DNA of 64,000 nucleotides from Oculina patagonica (Eukaryota): NCBI RefSeq assembly GCF_052425735.1, contig NC_135758.1, positions 31,868,001 to 31,932,000 of the forward strand, read 5' to 3'. Shown piece by piece: positions 51,801 to 64,000 of this stretch (position 1 is its first letter; each line of letters starts with the position of its first letter). The notes under the pieces were generated by a model. It saw only the letters and a program-made list of their open reading frames with translations, ran no database searches and was not told where the DNA came from. The position numbers and the translations under genes were made by a program.

Positions 51801-54800
51801 ACCTGTCCCAGTGAGTGACACAAATACCGTTTTCTTAGTGCAATTTGTCCAAATCCCAGTTCCCATTTAACCCCTTCAGAACTCTCACAAAGGTTATCGT
51901 GTTAAATAACTGTATCAAATATATAAGCAAGCAATTAAACATGGTCATAGCTAAGAGGTAAAAGTTAAGCTACAAGAAACGTCGGAATTGTTCTAAGTTA
52001 CGAAATGTATTGATTTGTCAAGGAGAAGTAACATAGTGATCTCCTCAGGAGTCCAGAAATAGTAAGTAGCGAGTAGCCCCTGTTAGTTGCAGTAAGAAAA
52101 ACAGGTTGTAACAGGTCAAAGTAACAGGTTGTTTTGTACTCTGCTTTGCCTACACCAGTTAAACATGTTTGGTTAAGTTAAGTTAAACAAACTTTAACTC
52201 AGTAACAGTTGAAAATAATATTCCATCTGTGATTTAAAAATTAAGGTGGGTAACCTAAGCAACTTTTACAAAAGAACAATTTTAAGTCATGATTAACTAG
52301 ACGGCTATGAACAAGGCGTAAGATTTAGGTCTTACGACGCTGTTGTTCAAAAAATTGTAAGTATTTAGCTGACACTTTTCCTGTTTTCCGGTCTTGCTTC
52401 TGAGAGAAATTACCCCACATTCTCCCAGACTCTTTAAGACTTACTTATGCAGAAAGTACCACAGCAGCTTACCTGGTTTTCCTTCTCCCGATTCATCTGA
52501 AGCCTTCAGACGCTGGGGGACCTGTGGTGGAACATGAAGCTTCTGATGGTGCAGGGCACCCAGTGGAACAGCCGCATTCTGTTTATGAGATGCGGTAACA
52601 GCTCCCTTAGGCGCTTTGTGTCCAATTTTGTGTGCTGCGTGGAGTGCATCTTGTACAGTATGTAGATTGGTAGTCAGTGGAGCGTTACCTACGGAAACGT
52701 AAATTCATTTCTCAGTTATAAACATTTCAGGAACAAAACGAAAACATTCAATGCCACGCGCGTTAGTATACCCGGCTTTTGTGGCTCATACTGTTCAAAT
52801 TCATACAAATGCGACTGCTTCCACAAAACAACGTTGTTATTTATCATTAATCTCAGTTATATATTCTTTATATTTTATTTATCATCCACTCCATTTCCGG
52901 ATATTAGAACTACAATTACTCTCCCACGTTGATGGGACCCGGCGGGGGGGGGCCGTGACAGAAAAATGGAAGAACGTTCGCTAGTGTATCTGGGTGGGAC
53001 TTACTTTTACAGAACCCACAGGTCTTTGCGCAGCCATTCCTCAAATAGAACGCATGCGAGTTAGCTCCGCAAAATCCAGACCTTTTCCATGTGTCACAAT
53101 TGTGAAACTTGTCGTGACAATCTACAAAACAAGCAAAAAACATTTCGAGGAAGAGAGAGTATTCATGTTTAAAAGTTACTTTTCATATATCGTCATGTCT
53201 TCTATATTTTCTTTAGAAGAGTAAATCGTCTCACACAATGTTTCCCGCTTTTTTCTCTTTTTTCTCTTTTTCTATCCAGGAGTATCAATTCTTGGTTTTC
53301 ATGTTACGTCATAAAATTCTGAAATCAAAATTCACTAGGCCTGCTAAATTCCCGTTGTCATTAGGCGAAAGATAAACTAAAAATATATATTTTTGCAAAT
53401 TTCCAGATCGATAGTGTCATTCGTTTTTAAAACAGAGCATTTTGGATATTTGAGTTCTCCGTCGTATGTGACATCAAGCTGAGTGCCGTGACAAAGCTGT
53501 TTTGTTTGAAACAAGGCCTTTCCTTTCCATTTTGTGCAGATTGAACATTTCAGATATGATAAGTGGTGTTTATGTGAAACTGTACTAGCTCTTAAGCCAA
53601 GGATAGCCGCTGTTGTAAACAGAATTGAGTTCCAGATGGTTTCTCTGACATCACGGCGGACATAACTGTGTCCATCGGAGGGACACAGTTATGGCGTCTC
53701 CATACTAAGCTTTATAAATTTGCGTGGAAAGGTTCGGAAAATAACTCGCGAACGGTACACCGCACAGACCCGAAACTTGGAGAAATTTTTTATCTATTTA
53801 TCATCTATAAAATTTGAAATTCATAGCTTCTGTAGTTGAATGATTTCGAATTTATTTTTTGATTGCGTGACAGTGAAAACCAGCAATAGGTACCGGCACA
53901 TTTTTAGAAAATGAAAATAAAGGGTGATGATGATGATGATGATGATAATAACGGTTAATAAAATTGGAGAAACACTAGTTCTGAGATTATTTTGGGTTTA
54001 ATTTATTGCAGTCTTTTACTTGGTATAAATCTCCTTACAATCTTCTTACCTCTGGACGCAGCACGGCAATCTAAAACAAAAAGGTGTCGTTAAAAAGTGT
54101 ATTCAAGGTATCATCAAATGTTCTACCCAGTTAGACAAAATGGTCAGCAACTACAATAAATATGTCATTCGTTGTAGACTAGCTGTCTTTCATTCAAACA
54201 GCAAGCTTTTCCAGGTTCGATACAGGTGTTATAAAACTCCGCTAGACGCCTCGGAAAGTTGGTAAGGTTCCCAAGTTGGAAGCCTTACCAAGTTGGAAAG
54301 TCTTATCAAGTTGGAAGTTGGAAAAGCTTGCCAAGTTGCATAAAATTAAGGCAGTACTTAGAAACGATTTTTCGGTACCTGGACACGACCAGCAATCAAA
54401 TTAAAATGGAGAAAAATTAAAGCGCGATTAAATCGTGAAAAACGAATTGTTTCCCTACTATCTAAATTTGCTTTTCCTACAATCCCATCACTATTCGACT
54501 TAATAAAGTCGAAAACCAAGCTAACTATTTGCTCAAACTTAAATACACGGCCGTTCTAATGGGTTAAAAAGAACCAAGTACGACAGAAAATGTCAGTCGG
54601 TGCCACAAACTACAAAAACAAATAGCTTGTGTCGATGACTGATTTACATTTATTTTTCTCGTATATTTTCACCAAGCTTAACATATACCATCATTTGTAT
54701 AAGTTTACCCGTAGTCATTCCTTTTCAGCCATTTTAACTGAACAAAATGTATCGTATAGTGAAGCAGTTATCGGCCATTGTATTTTGACCCAAAATTAAT

Positions 54801-54902
54801 CAATATTTAAACACACAGATACAATCATGATTACATGTACAGCTCACCTACTAAAGGAATAAACGAACACAAAATAACACAAAATACACACGCGTATTTC
54901 AT
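47620..54902 (-). CDS. Secreted three-ShKT protein with PQNSTAQPTP repeats (~448 aa)
   Basis: Exons 54902-54848 (MKYACVFCVILCSFIPLV), 54070-54050, 53121-53005 (ShKT1), 52688-52473, 51573-51454 (ShKT2), 49734-49615 (ShKT3), 49080-48655, 47891-47620. All introns phase 1; further small exons cannot be excluded. Confidence 0.82.
48845..49030 (-). repeat. Coding 30-bp tandem repeat, about 6 copies
   Basis: (P/S)QNSTA(Q/K)PTP units. Confidence 0.9.
50241..50676. mobile_element. Penelope-like element 3' end with inverted pLTR
   Basis: Arms ~50241-50371 and ~50545-50676 are near-perfect inverted copies. Minus 50544-50440 translates GKTDLHCKIKETLYIHELQPSLNAYVGSERLLLY* (GIY-YIG C-terminus). Hammerhead-like motif in both arms. 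Confidence 0.85.
53286..53889. mobile_element. Degenerate TIR element
   Basis: ATTCTTGGTTTTCA ... TGAAAACCAGCAAT imperfect inverted ends. Confidence 0.45.
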
Positions 54903-55859
54903 GTTTGTTTGGAACACGTCTTGCGCAGCTGTGAATAAAATGAAGAACAGTCAAAACATGCGCGACTACTGCGCGATAAACATCTACGATTTGAACAAAA
55001 GAGTGGTGTCATAGAAGGAAAACACACGTTGTCGGTTAACAGAATGGATTAACTAGAACAAAAGAAGAAACGATCCAACTGTCAAGCTTTTACCTTAATT
55101 CCGGATGTCGAATTTTGTTATTCGACGAGTTTGGTGTTGCTTGGCTACTTGATTGCTTAGAACCACTGAAGACTTTCCCGTCAAAAGGGAGTTTATTCCC
55201 CTCGCATCCGATAATCAAAAGAGCGAGACTTGATCAGAAATTCTCTGCCCCCGAGACCGCGTGATTGGTGGTCCGTTTGACCGACTCTGTCACAAGACAA
55301 TCCGAACACAAGAAAACCTCATGGTTGGAAATGTTGCTATGTCATATTATATATATGAGTGAGCGGGTTTTCTTTGTGGGCCTACTTTTTTGTTCAGCTG
55401 TAAACTTTGGTATTCAAGTGGAACTGTACAGTGAACATTAGCTCTTGTATAAAATTGGTAAGTCGATGTTGCAAGCCTTTTGACACTGCCCTAAATGTAG
55501 GGTAACCCGGCGATGGACTAGCATCCTATCTAGGGGGAGTGAAACTATCTTGGCTTGGAAAAGAATTCAACCTTTTTTAACCGTAGCAATGTCGACACAG
55601 TAATCATATTTCAATATTATAGCAAAAGCCAAATCTTGAAAGGTCAAAGAAAGTTTAAACATAGCAACATATAACTTTCAGTTAACCCGATAAACTTGGA
55701 GGATACTTGCGGAATAACAGACTTATAGTTCTCAATCGGAACACGCATATCGACTAGAATTTAGAAGTGTTAGATCTTGTGGAGTTTGGAAATAATTATT
55801 CTACATCTTCATTGTAAACATTAAAGGGAAGAGTAACTAAATAATATAGCTGGTGTGGG

Positions 55860-56170
55860 GGATGGGGACCTAGCTAACAGAGCAGGGGTGGGGTAGCTAG
55901 CTAAACTAACAGAATATGAGAAGGGAATGCTAACTATAATAGAACAGGGGAGGGGGTCACTAGTAAACAGAGCAGGTTGTTGGGAAGGGGGGACTAGTAA
56001 ACAGAGCAGGGGAGGGGGGACTAGTAAACAGAGCAGGGGAGGGGGGTTAGTAACAAGAGCAGGGGAGGGGGGACTAGTAAACAGAGCAGGGGAGGGGGAC
56101 CGAGCTAACAGAGCAGGGAGAGGGGGAACTAGTTAAAAGAGCAGGTGAAGGGAGCAAGCTAATAGAGCAG
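55860..56170. repeat. G-rich ~27-28 bp minisatellite
   Basis: GGGGGACTAGTAAACAGAGCAGGGGA-type units, about 9-10 copies. Confidence 0.8.
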
Positions 56171-56618
56171 TTTCCGATTGACTGTCGCCGAACAAACTGG
56201 TCGCACGTTTGTTGTTTACAAACCTAATGCAACACGCTCTGACCAATGACAGCTAATATGACGTTTTGTGAACCAATCAGGAGCAAAGCCAACAGCCTGG
56301 CTCGCGCGGGTTTCCCGCGCTTTGTTCTGGTTCTCTGGTTCTGCCTTGTTTTTGCTGTCAGATATGATTGGTTGACTGGGTTACTCTGTTTTCGTTGAGT
56401 TATCATAAACGCGTGTTATCTATAGTAGTTGTAATAAATACCTAATGAGTGTATTGGTTTTGTGAGAAAGTCACTTTTTGTGAAATAAAGCTCCGTTTTC
56501 AATTTCCCAAGATATTTGCTGGCGACTTGAGAAGCATCGTTAGTGTAAAAGAAGCTGCTATGTCACAATATGTAAATACATTTTTCTTATGTACAAAGAT
56601 GTCTTTAAATGTGAATGA

Positions 56619-56827
56619 AGTAAATAATAAAGATGGTAAATTTTAAGCTCGGTAATAATAATGAAGATGAAGTGTTCAACATGACTCGAGCATGGGACAA
56701 AGAAAAATTCTGAGTCCCCGACGGGAATCGAACCCATGGCCTCCCAGATACCGGTTGGGCGCTCTAACCAACTGAGCTACGAGAGACTCGTTGTGAGCTG
56801 GGCCATTTTACTAGGTTGATAGGTGAC
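56619..56827 (-). repeat. Truncated tRNA-like 263-bp repeat copy with a complete tRNA-like unit (56712-56789)
   Basis: Near-identical to the 21.2-22.0 kb units. Confidence 0.82.
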
Positions 56828-57533
56828 AAAAATAGTAGTTTTCCTGGGTTACAGTAAAATACATCAAAGAAGTAATGCTGAACAAACGAAAAATAAACAG
56901 GCCTGGATGTTTACATCTAAGGAAGATTATTTACGACCAAGTACCTCCTGTTACCAGTGAAAGAAGGGTTAATTTTCTACTTGTCGCCAAAAACTAACAA
57001 CCCATCCCCCACTTTGTTGTTTGTTGTATAGGTAAATGCATTGTGGTTTAGAGCGGTTTTTAAAGAGTTACAATCCAGTGAAACAATCACAGATCGAAGT
57101 AACTACATGTAGCCGGTGCGGAGCGCGTGAAAATGTGCGCGAGCGAGTCATGATTAGCGCGAGATTTTTAAACCACACACTAAGCTAAGAAAATGCAAAA
57201 TAAAAGATGCAAATTACTTTAGATATATACTCAAGCGAAAACTGCTCTATTACACGAAATACGTCTTGTTTGTATTAACGTTTATTATTTACTTTACTAC
57301 GAGCTACAGTCATCAACTTAGAGTGTACTTGCTTAGATCTCTGCGCTCATATTCTGCTGTTTTTCATGCACTTCTTGTTTTTATGTCACTTTATGCTGTG
57401 TGTTATAAAATATACACTAGTAAGTCTTTTCTAATCGAAAAGAAAGGTTTACTTCCTACACCAAAACATGCATATTTCATTTATTGTTCTTTGTTCCAAA
57501 CATCCGAGCCAGGAATGTCGATCCTGATTTTAT

Positions 57534-59101
57534 CTATTCGTCCTGATGGTGATGACTCTTCTTAACAGACTTGTCTTTTTTCTTTTCCTCAGATTTATCC
57601 TTTTTTCTCTTCTCGGATTTGTCCTTTACTTTTTCCTCGGATTCATCTTTATTCTTATTTTCAGATTCTTCATTTTCCGTCTCCTCGGGTTTGTCCTCCT
57701 TCTCTTCCTTTTCCTTCTCGGTCTTGTCCTGTGTCTTAGCGTCTTCCTTTTCCTCGCTCTTATCACTTGCTTTGTCCTTGGCAGGAACAGAGCTTGTCGG
57801 TGTGATCTGGGGTGGAACTGTAATAATAAGGCAAAAACGTCAGTTAGCTTTTGTTTATAGAGATTATCGATTGATCATCACAATTCATGGTTCTCCTATT
57901 TCTATGCATGCATGATTGTCCTTTTTCCATGGTTATGGGGCTCCGCTCTTGAAGAGCTCCGCTTATAGAGTTTAAAAAAGTAACTGCAACTTGAGAGGAA
58001 ATAAGCCATTAGTATAAACGCAATTGGGATTAGCTTTCCTAAAGGGCTTTTCAACATCAGTGCACAAAAACGCAGAAAGAGGATATAGAGTATATTGAAC
58101 CTTACCAGTAGGCGCAGCAGTGGTAGGTTGAGCTGCAGATGGGGCTACTGAAGGAGCTGGCTTGGCGCCAGCAGCGGCAGCGACAGCAGCTGGTGGACCT
58201 GCAGTGGAAGTGGTTGTGGCTGCGACAGCAGGCTGTGCTGGTGCGGCTGTTGATGCACCAGCCGCCGCTGGTGCTGGAGTAGTAGATGCTCCCGCTACTG
58301 GTGCTTGTCCGGCAGCAGTGGTTGTCTGTGTTGCAGCTGCTGGTGCGCCTGCGGCTGCAGGAGCAGCGGTGGCGGTAGCAGGTGCGGCGGAGCCTGGAGC
58401 TACTGTAGTTGTTGCCCCACCTGCAGCTGCGGGTGCAGCGGTGGGTGCCCCTGGCGCTACAGTTGTTGTTGCTCCTCCTGCCGCTGCAGGCGCAGCAGTT
58501 GGCGCACCTGGTGCTGCAGTGGTTGTTGCTCCACCTGCCGCCGCGGGTGCAGCACTAGCAGTAGCAGCAGGCGCAGCGGTTGGCGCGCCTGGTGCTACAG
58601 TGGTTGTTGCTCCACCTGCAGCCGCAAGTGCGGCACTAGCAGTCGCAGCAGGTGCAGCAGTAGGCGCACCTGGTGCTGCTGTTGTTGCGGCAGGCGCAGC
58701 GGTTGGCGCGCCTGGTGCTGCAGTGGTTGTTGCTCCGCCTGCCGCGGCAGGTGCGGCACTAGCAGTAGCGGCAGGCGCAGCGGTGGGCGCACCTGGCGCT
58801 ACTGTGGTTGTTGCTCCGGCTGCTGGTGCCTGTCCTGGTGCTGGTGCTACGGTAGTTGCTGCTCCGGCTGCAGCTGGAGGTGCTGGCGCAGCGGTGGCAG
58901 TAGCAGGAGCAGCAGCCGCAGGTCCGGGTGCCACTGTGGTTGTTGCTCCGCCTGCAGCTGCCGGTGAAGCTGGTGGTGCAGTAGTGGCAGCTGGTACCAC
59001 AGCTGCTTGTCGCCGATGGCCATCGTCGTGGTGATGATTCTTTTCTGAGTTGTGATGTTTTGGATGTTTTATGCTTTTAGCCGAGATGTCAGACACAGCC
59101 A
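57534..59101 (-). CDS. Ala/Thr/Pro/Gly-rich mucin-like protein with His-rich ends and a Lys/Glu-rich tail (last two exons; 5' exons unresolved)
   Basis: Exon 59101-58106 (phase 1-1, APAAAGGATTTVAPGAPTA repeats) and exon 57817-57534 (...KDKSEEKKKDKSVKKSHHHQDE*); AATAAA on minus at ~57480. Confidence 0.78.
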
Positions 59102-62100
59102 CTGCAATGAAATACAATTAAAGTGAAAATGCGATGTTAGTCGAAAAAAAAAAACAAGGTAAGACCAGGGAAGAAGCTTGTTGTTTCTCATCTAACTTTT
59201 TTGCTCGAGATCAAACGGTACATTCAAAAGCTATAAAAATAAACATTAACTCAGTATTTACCGAGTACGATGGCTGCCAACAAAAGTATGGACTTCATGT
59301 TGCTATCTCACTGAGTACTACCTTTAAAGAAAAAATACAAACAGTGTTAGTGATACAGAATTCACCTACTCCGTGATAACGTCCGTTAAAGACTTGTTGA
59401 GGACAAGTTAAATTTTAAGAAGGAAAAATAACCAGCAACGGTATCGTTGTTTGAAACTTGTTTGAAACCTAATTTTAAACCAAAATGCAAATTCACATGA
59501 TCTTTATTTCAGACCAAAAAAGTAAGTCTTGAACATTACAGCTATTTGTTAATCGGCAGTGAAACTGACGATTTCTTGTGCACGAAAAAACCACTGACTC
59601 GTTTCGTGATTTAATAATCAAAACCTTTTAGCTCATGCTCAGCTAATCAAGTTACTCTTGCGGTTTGTTTCAGTTAGGTCTTGAATCTAAATGGTGCGCG
59701 GAACAATAAACATTCCAGGAATAATTTGAGGCGTATCTATCCATTTCACACGAAAACGGCTTTTACAAAAAACCCGACCGATTGGTGTAGCGCAATCCAA
59801 CATAAGGAGTTCCCTGAGGGAACGTCTCTCCTATGCGTTTATTTATTTCAGCTGATTTTGGAAAGAGGCGGCTGGTTCTCATTTAGTGAAATGATCAATT
59901 AGTGGCGAGGGCACTTTGCCTAGTGCCACCTTTCACGGCTAAGCGAACCTGTTTACGGTCCATTCAAACGTTTCAAAAACTAACGCAAAAGTTACCAGAA
60001 ATAATAGAATGAAAATTTAAAGAAAACAAATAGATAAAAGATATATCAATTTTAGCTCTCTCGTCATTAATATTGTCAACGACAACGTTCAAAATGTATT
60101 AATATGCAACGAAGACTGATAAGGCGAAGAAAAACAAAAGTACGCGAGGAACTAGATTTCATGTTCAAACTGGCGACTAAAACCGCGCGAATGTCTTAAC
60201 TGAGTCCCTTAAGCCTTTTTGCATGGGATCAATAGATAAATATAAAACACCTTTATTCTGCTTATTTAGTAAATGAAATTAAATCTCGTTTTAGCCCTGA
60301 ACAGGTGCCGCTAAAGTCGAGTTTATCAAGATATTATTTGTCTTATTCACTAGTATATGTTTTTTAGCCTGACGATCGCGAAATTAACGACAAAATTTAA
60401 GACAATTGCATTGTACTGTATTTCAGTTTACCTTTTAAGTTAGGTAAGAAATATCTTGATGCATTGTTGTTTGTATAAGAGAACACAGTGATATCATTGT
60501 TTGCTTTGTCTCAATATTATATACTTTGTCTCAGAGCTGACAGAGGTTGTATAGCAACGCACGTTCCTTATATCAAATTAAAAACAAATACAAAAAATTA
60601 AAAGATAACTGTACCTTCGTCGTGTGAAGTTGTCAAGATAGCTTTCTTTGATGGTAGTGACACCCAGTCTTGCTTGGATTTTCCTCGGCCTTTTCATGGA
60701 AATCGTCAAAACTTGAGGTCATTTTGACTCATGACTGAATAGCTAATTTGATCAGCCCATTGATTGCATCACAGAGTTTGGATTTCCTTTAAAATCGAGC
60801 AAGAACATTTTCATTTGCACAACAGAACTTTTGAATAGGAGCAAACACATAGTATCTCAGTAAGTGGTTATTCAAACAAAAGCCATATCACGATTTGTTT
60901 TCTTTCCCGTTGAGTTTTTAACGGTCTGCCAACTTATTTCTTTGAGTAGCACATGAAAATTAATGACATTTGGCAAGATAATGAATGGTCTTTTGACACC
61001 TGCCAATTAGCTTTTAACCTTAAGCTTTTGTTGATAAATCGAGAAAAATAAATAAAGCACAAGGAACTTTTTTTGTTCTACTTTTCTTTTTTCGTGTATT
61101 CGTTCTAGACGTTCTCTATTTCTGCCGGAACAAACTTCACTGCGCGTAGGAGTAAAATCAAAAATCTTATACTTTCAGGTTCATAAACAAGACTCCGCCC
61201 TCCGTAATAACACCTGTTCACCGGCCTCTCCTTCAAGGTACTTAAAAAGCCCCTTTCATGGATATCTGCGTAGCTGTGCGAATCGACTTATGCTTTCCGA
61301 TCCGTTAAGCCGGGTTTAATGACAGTTTAAATCGATGAAAACGCAGGCAGATTGTTTGTTCCAAGATGTTATTCTGACAGATGTTCGTGTCACCACAGGC
61401 AGACCATTCTCTCTGTGGTTACGGAAACCAAGATTTCACATTTTTTCGGTTAAGCAATTGCTTTTATGAACTTAACCTTAAAAAGATGGCATTTAGAGCT
61501 GTAGTCAATATGTAGTCAAATGCAAGATATTTTCACACGAGAAGCACTTAAAGCAAGTGACACACTCCGACACTAGACCACTACCTGGTCAGTAACTTAC
61601 ACATGTGCACAGACATATTACCCGGGAGGCAGCCACATGAACAGCTGTTCAGCATGACATAGCCGCCAGGCAGCGATAGGACCAAAAGCCTGTATTCTGC
61701 GCTTTATTGCCAAGGCGGGTGCGAAACGTACCCTTAGGCGCGGGCTCCACACAGCACATGTGGACCTGTTGGCTGGGAACTGCACCGCAGTCCTCTCAAG
61801 ACATGGTTTATTTGCTGTTTTCTGTGTTGTTTGTCTTTTTGTTTGTTTGTTTGTTTGCTTTTTTTAATAAAAATTAAAGGCGTGCAAGGGTAGTTTTTTG
61901 AGTCCAAGGTTTTTGAGTTGCTTCCAGAAGAGTCATGGAGTAGTTTTTCGTTGTGTAACTTAGTGAAGAACCAGAAGGATAAAGAGTGTTTAACGTCACT
62001 TGGTAAGAAATTGTGTGTCGAGAATCAGAGAAACGATGTCAAAAAGCTTACCAATGGAATGCATTACTGAACCTGATGGATGGAGTTGTTGGGCGGGGAT

Positions 62101-62640
62101 ATGGGGTGGGGGACTAGCTGAGTAACTAAACTTTTCTTTTTTCTCTCTTTTTCTCCAAGAGAATATGAAGTAAAGAAATCTCTTCTCCGCAGAGGCTCCT
62201 TTAGTGGGTGGGGGGGGGGGGAATGCGAAAAAACACGGGGGGAGGAAGGCGCGCTTACTTTTCACCTCTTCCCATTTTCTGTACGGAACACGAAAGAGGC
62301 CTCTGCGGAGGAGAGAGAGTAAAGATTGTATTTTAATACCGATTAAATTCAAATCTCGTTCCCAATCAGTCAACCTGGAAAGTTGCACAAAATGTGCCGC
62401 CGAAAACTGTTTCGTGTTGTTAATGTTGATAGAGTTTTGGAATAATTTTACCCTCGTTCGATTTGTCCGTAATGTCCATAATTTCACCCTCGTTCGATTT
62501 GTCCGGTCCATTGACGAAGGGGCCCTGGGAACAAAAAAAATGTGAAGGAAAGGCTACCAAGGAAAGCAATATGGCGGACGAGTTCGTTCGTTTAGTAAAC
62601 GTTAGTAGTTGAGTAAATATGACCAGTAAGTCGTGAAGAA

Positions 62641-62946
62641 ATGGACTTACTCCTTCCATGCAAGGAAACAAGAAACTTAGAGGGTCATCAAGGAGCTGTA
62701 CGGGCCGTTAGATTCAATTATGATGGTAACTACTGTCTGACATGTGGAAGTGATAAACTGCTGAAACTGTGGAATCCTCACAAGGGGACATTACTAAAGA
62801 CATACAATGGACACGGATACGAGGTGCTCGATGCTGCAGGATCCAGTGATAACAGTAGGGTGGCTAGCTGTGGAGCTGATAAGACTGTTATACAATGGGA
62901 CGTAGCAACCGGACAGATTATACGACGCTTCAGAGGACACACTAGT
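62641..62946 (+). CDS. WDR83: WD repeat protein 83 (MORG1), first coding exon
   Basis: GHQGAVRAVRFNYDGNYCLTCGSDKLLKLWNPHKGTLLKTYNGHGYEVLDAAGSSDNS...WDVATGQIIRRFRGH, then GTAAGT donor; YY1-like AATATGGCGG at ~62568. Confidence 0.93.
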
Positions 62947-63109
62947 GTAAGTGTAAACCATCTGCAGATGGAAATTGATAATATGATGGGTGTTTATTCA
63001 ATTTATTTATTTACATCGCAGGATTGCGTTTTGATAGTGAATGTCCCAGGTAGTTTTATTTTTAGACCATAGGTTGCTATTCTGATAGCCTGCGTGACAG
63101 GCGTCGTAA

Positions 63110-63423
63110 TGCACCTTTCAATGTTAAGCCCGAGGGGGGGGGGGGGGTCGGGCAAGGGGTGGGGATTTTGACATTTTCTATAAAAAAAAGTCAAATTCCC
63201 CACCCCCGGGACAAAATAATTGGTCAAAATCCCCACCCGGGAGCAATGAAAGGTGGTCAGATGTCCTTCAAACCTTGTTGCAGGGGATCATATACGATCA
63301 AAATCCCTACCCTGGGGCCATCAGGTACGATCAAAATCCCTACCCTGGGGACCGACCTCACGATCAAAATCCCGTGGTTAGCCCGACCCCCCCCCCCCCT
63401 CGGGCTTAACATTGATAGGTGCA
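63110..63423. mobile_element. PIF/Harbinger-like MITE
   Basis: TAA|TGCACCTTTCAATGTTAAGCCCGAGG...CCTCGGGCTTAACATTGATAGGTGCA|TAA. Confidence 0.85.
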
Positions 63424-63649
63424 TAAGTTGAAGATGGTGGACAGCCTCGTGAAGCGTGGGCTCCAACTTTTGCCCTGGACAGGATTGTTGGTTATGTTTT
63501 TGAATGAGACACTGAATTCCCACAGTGCATCTCTCCAATTACCAATCTGGCTTCCCTATATAGTAGTCCCTAGTGCTGCCCTTGTTCATCATACATGTAA
63601 AATAGCCTCTTCAGATACTGTATATTTAATAACGGTTGGTAGAGCTCTA

Positions 63650-64000
63650 TCACGAATGACAATGCATCTTTGCTCTGGTGTCTTGTGTGACTGACCAGTC
63701 CAATGTGGGAGTGGCAATGTTTGCTGCAGCTTGTGCAAACAAAGTTGATTTCCTGGGAAGAAGTAGCTGGTGTATGTTGCTTGTGGCAAATCCTCGTTGT
63801 AACAGCTTGCTGTGACCTGGTTTTATTGGCTCATTTAAATCCCTCGTCACCAGGTGCTGCAATCCTTTGCAGCCTACTCCCATTTGTTGTGACCAATGTT
63901 GCAACTCTTAATATCCCTCTTGCATACAGGCTAGGAAACATATGTTAACCTTTCTTTGTAATTTCATCTGCAAATGGTTAGACATTCTAGTCTTCTCGGA
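63650..64000 (-). mobile_element. Degenerate RTE-clade LINE 3' end
   Basis: Minus strand encodes FVCTSCSKHCHSHIGLVSHTR, the CxxC...IGLxSHxR motif typical of the RTE ORF C-terminus. Confidence 0.6.

Noticed and set aside
58162-59034. Plus-strand 290-aa Ala/Val ORF and 220-aa Cys-rich ORF (58305-58967)
   Set aside because: Antisense shadows of the GCN/ACN/CCN-rich minus exon; splice sites and the polyA signal support the minus strand.
61996-62545. ORFs upstream of WDR83 as a WDR83OS/Asterix partner gene
   Set aside because: No resemblance to Asterix; they run through repeat and homopolymer sequence.

Overview
Eukaryotic, intron-rich, AT-rich DNA, most likely cnidarian and probably a stony coral (inferred from gene families and repeat types, not from a database hit). 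Two housekeeping genes point outward at the edges: the 5' exons of a procollagen galactosyltransferase (COLGALT/GLT25, minus) and the first coding exon of WDR83/MORG1 (plus). The ~57 kb between them holds only predicted secreted-protein genes, reconstructed by hand from splice sites and exon phases: a tandem duplicate pair of ShKT + low-complexity proteins (left copy frameshifted), a two-domain SUEL/rhamnose-binding lectin, a ~1,513-aa CAP-repeat-ShKT-ShKT-CAP protein, a convergent small CAP protein, a three-ShKT protein (one domain has a ShK-positioned Lys-Tyr dyad) and an Ala/Thr/Pro block protein with His-rich ends. Introns and spacers carry many MITEs, LINE 3' ends and two Penelope remnants with hammerhead-like motifs. 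Two unusual Pol III-derived elements stand out: a TTAA-flanked foldback element with a 5S rRNA-like unit in each arm, and a 263-bp tRNA-like unit inserted as tandem and inverted multimers. Several 1-nt indels and garbled homopolymers suggest imperfect polishing, so pseudogene calls are provisional.
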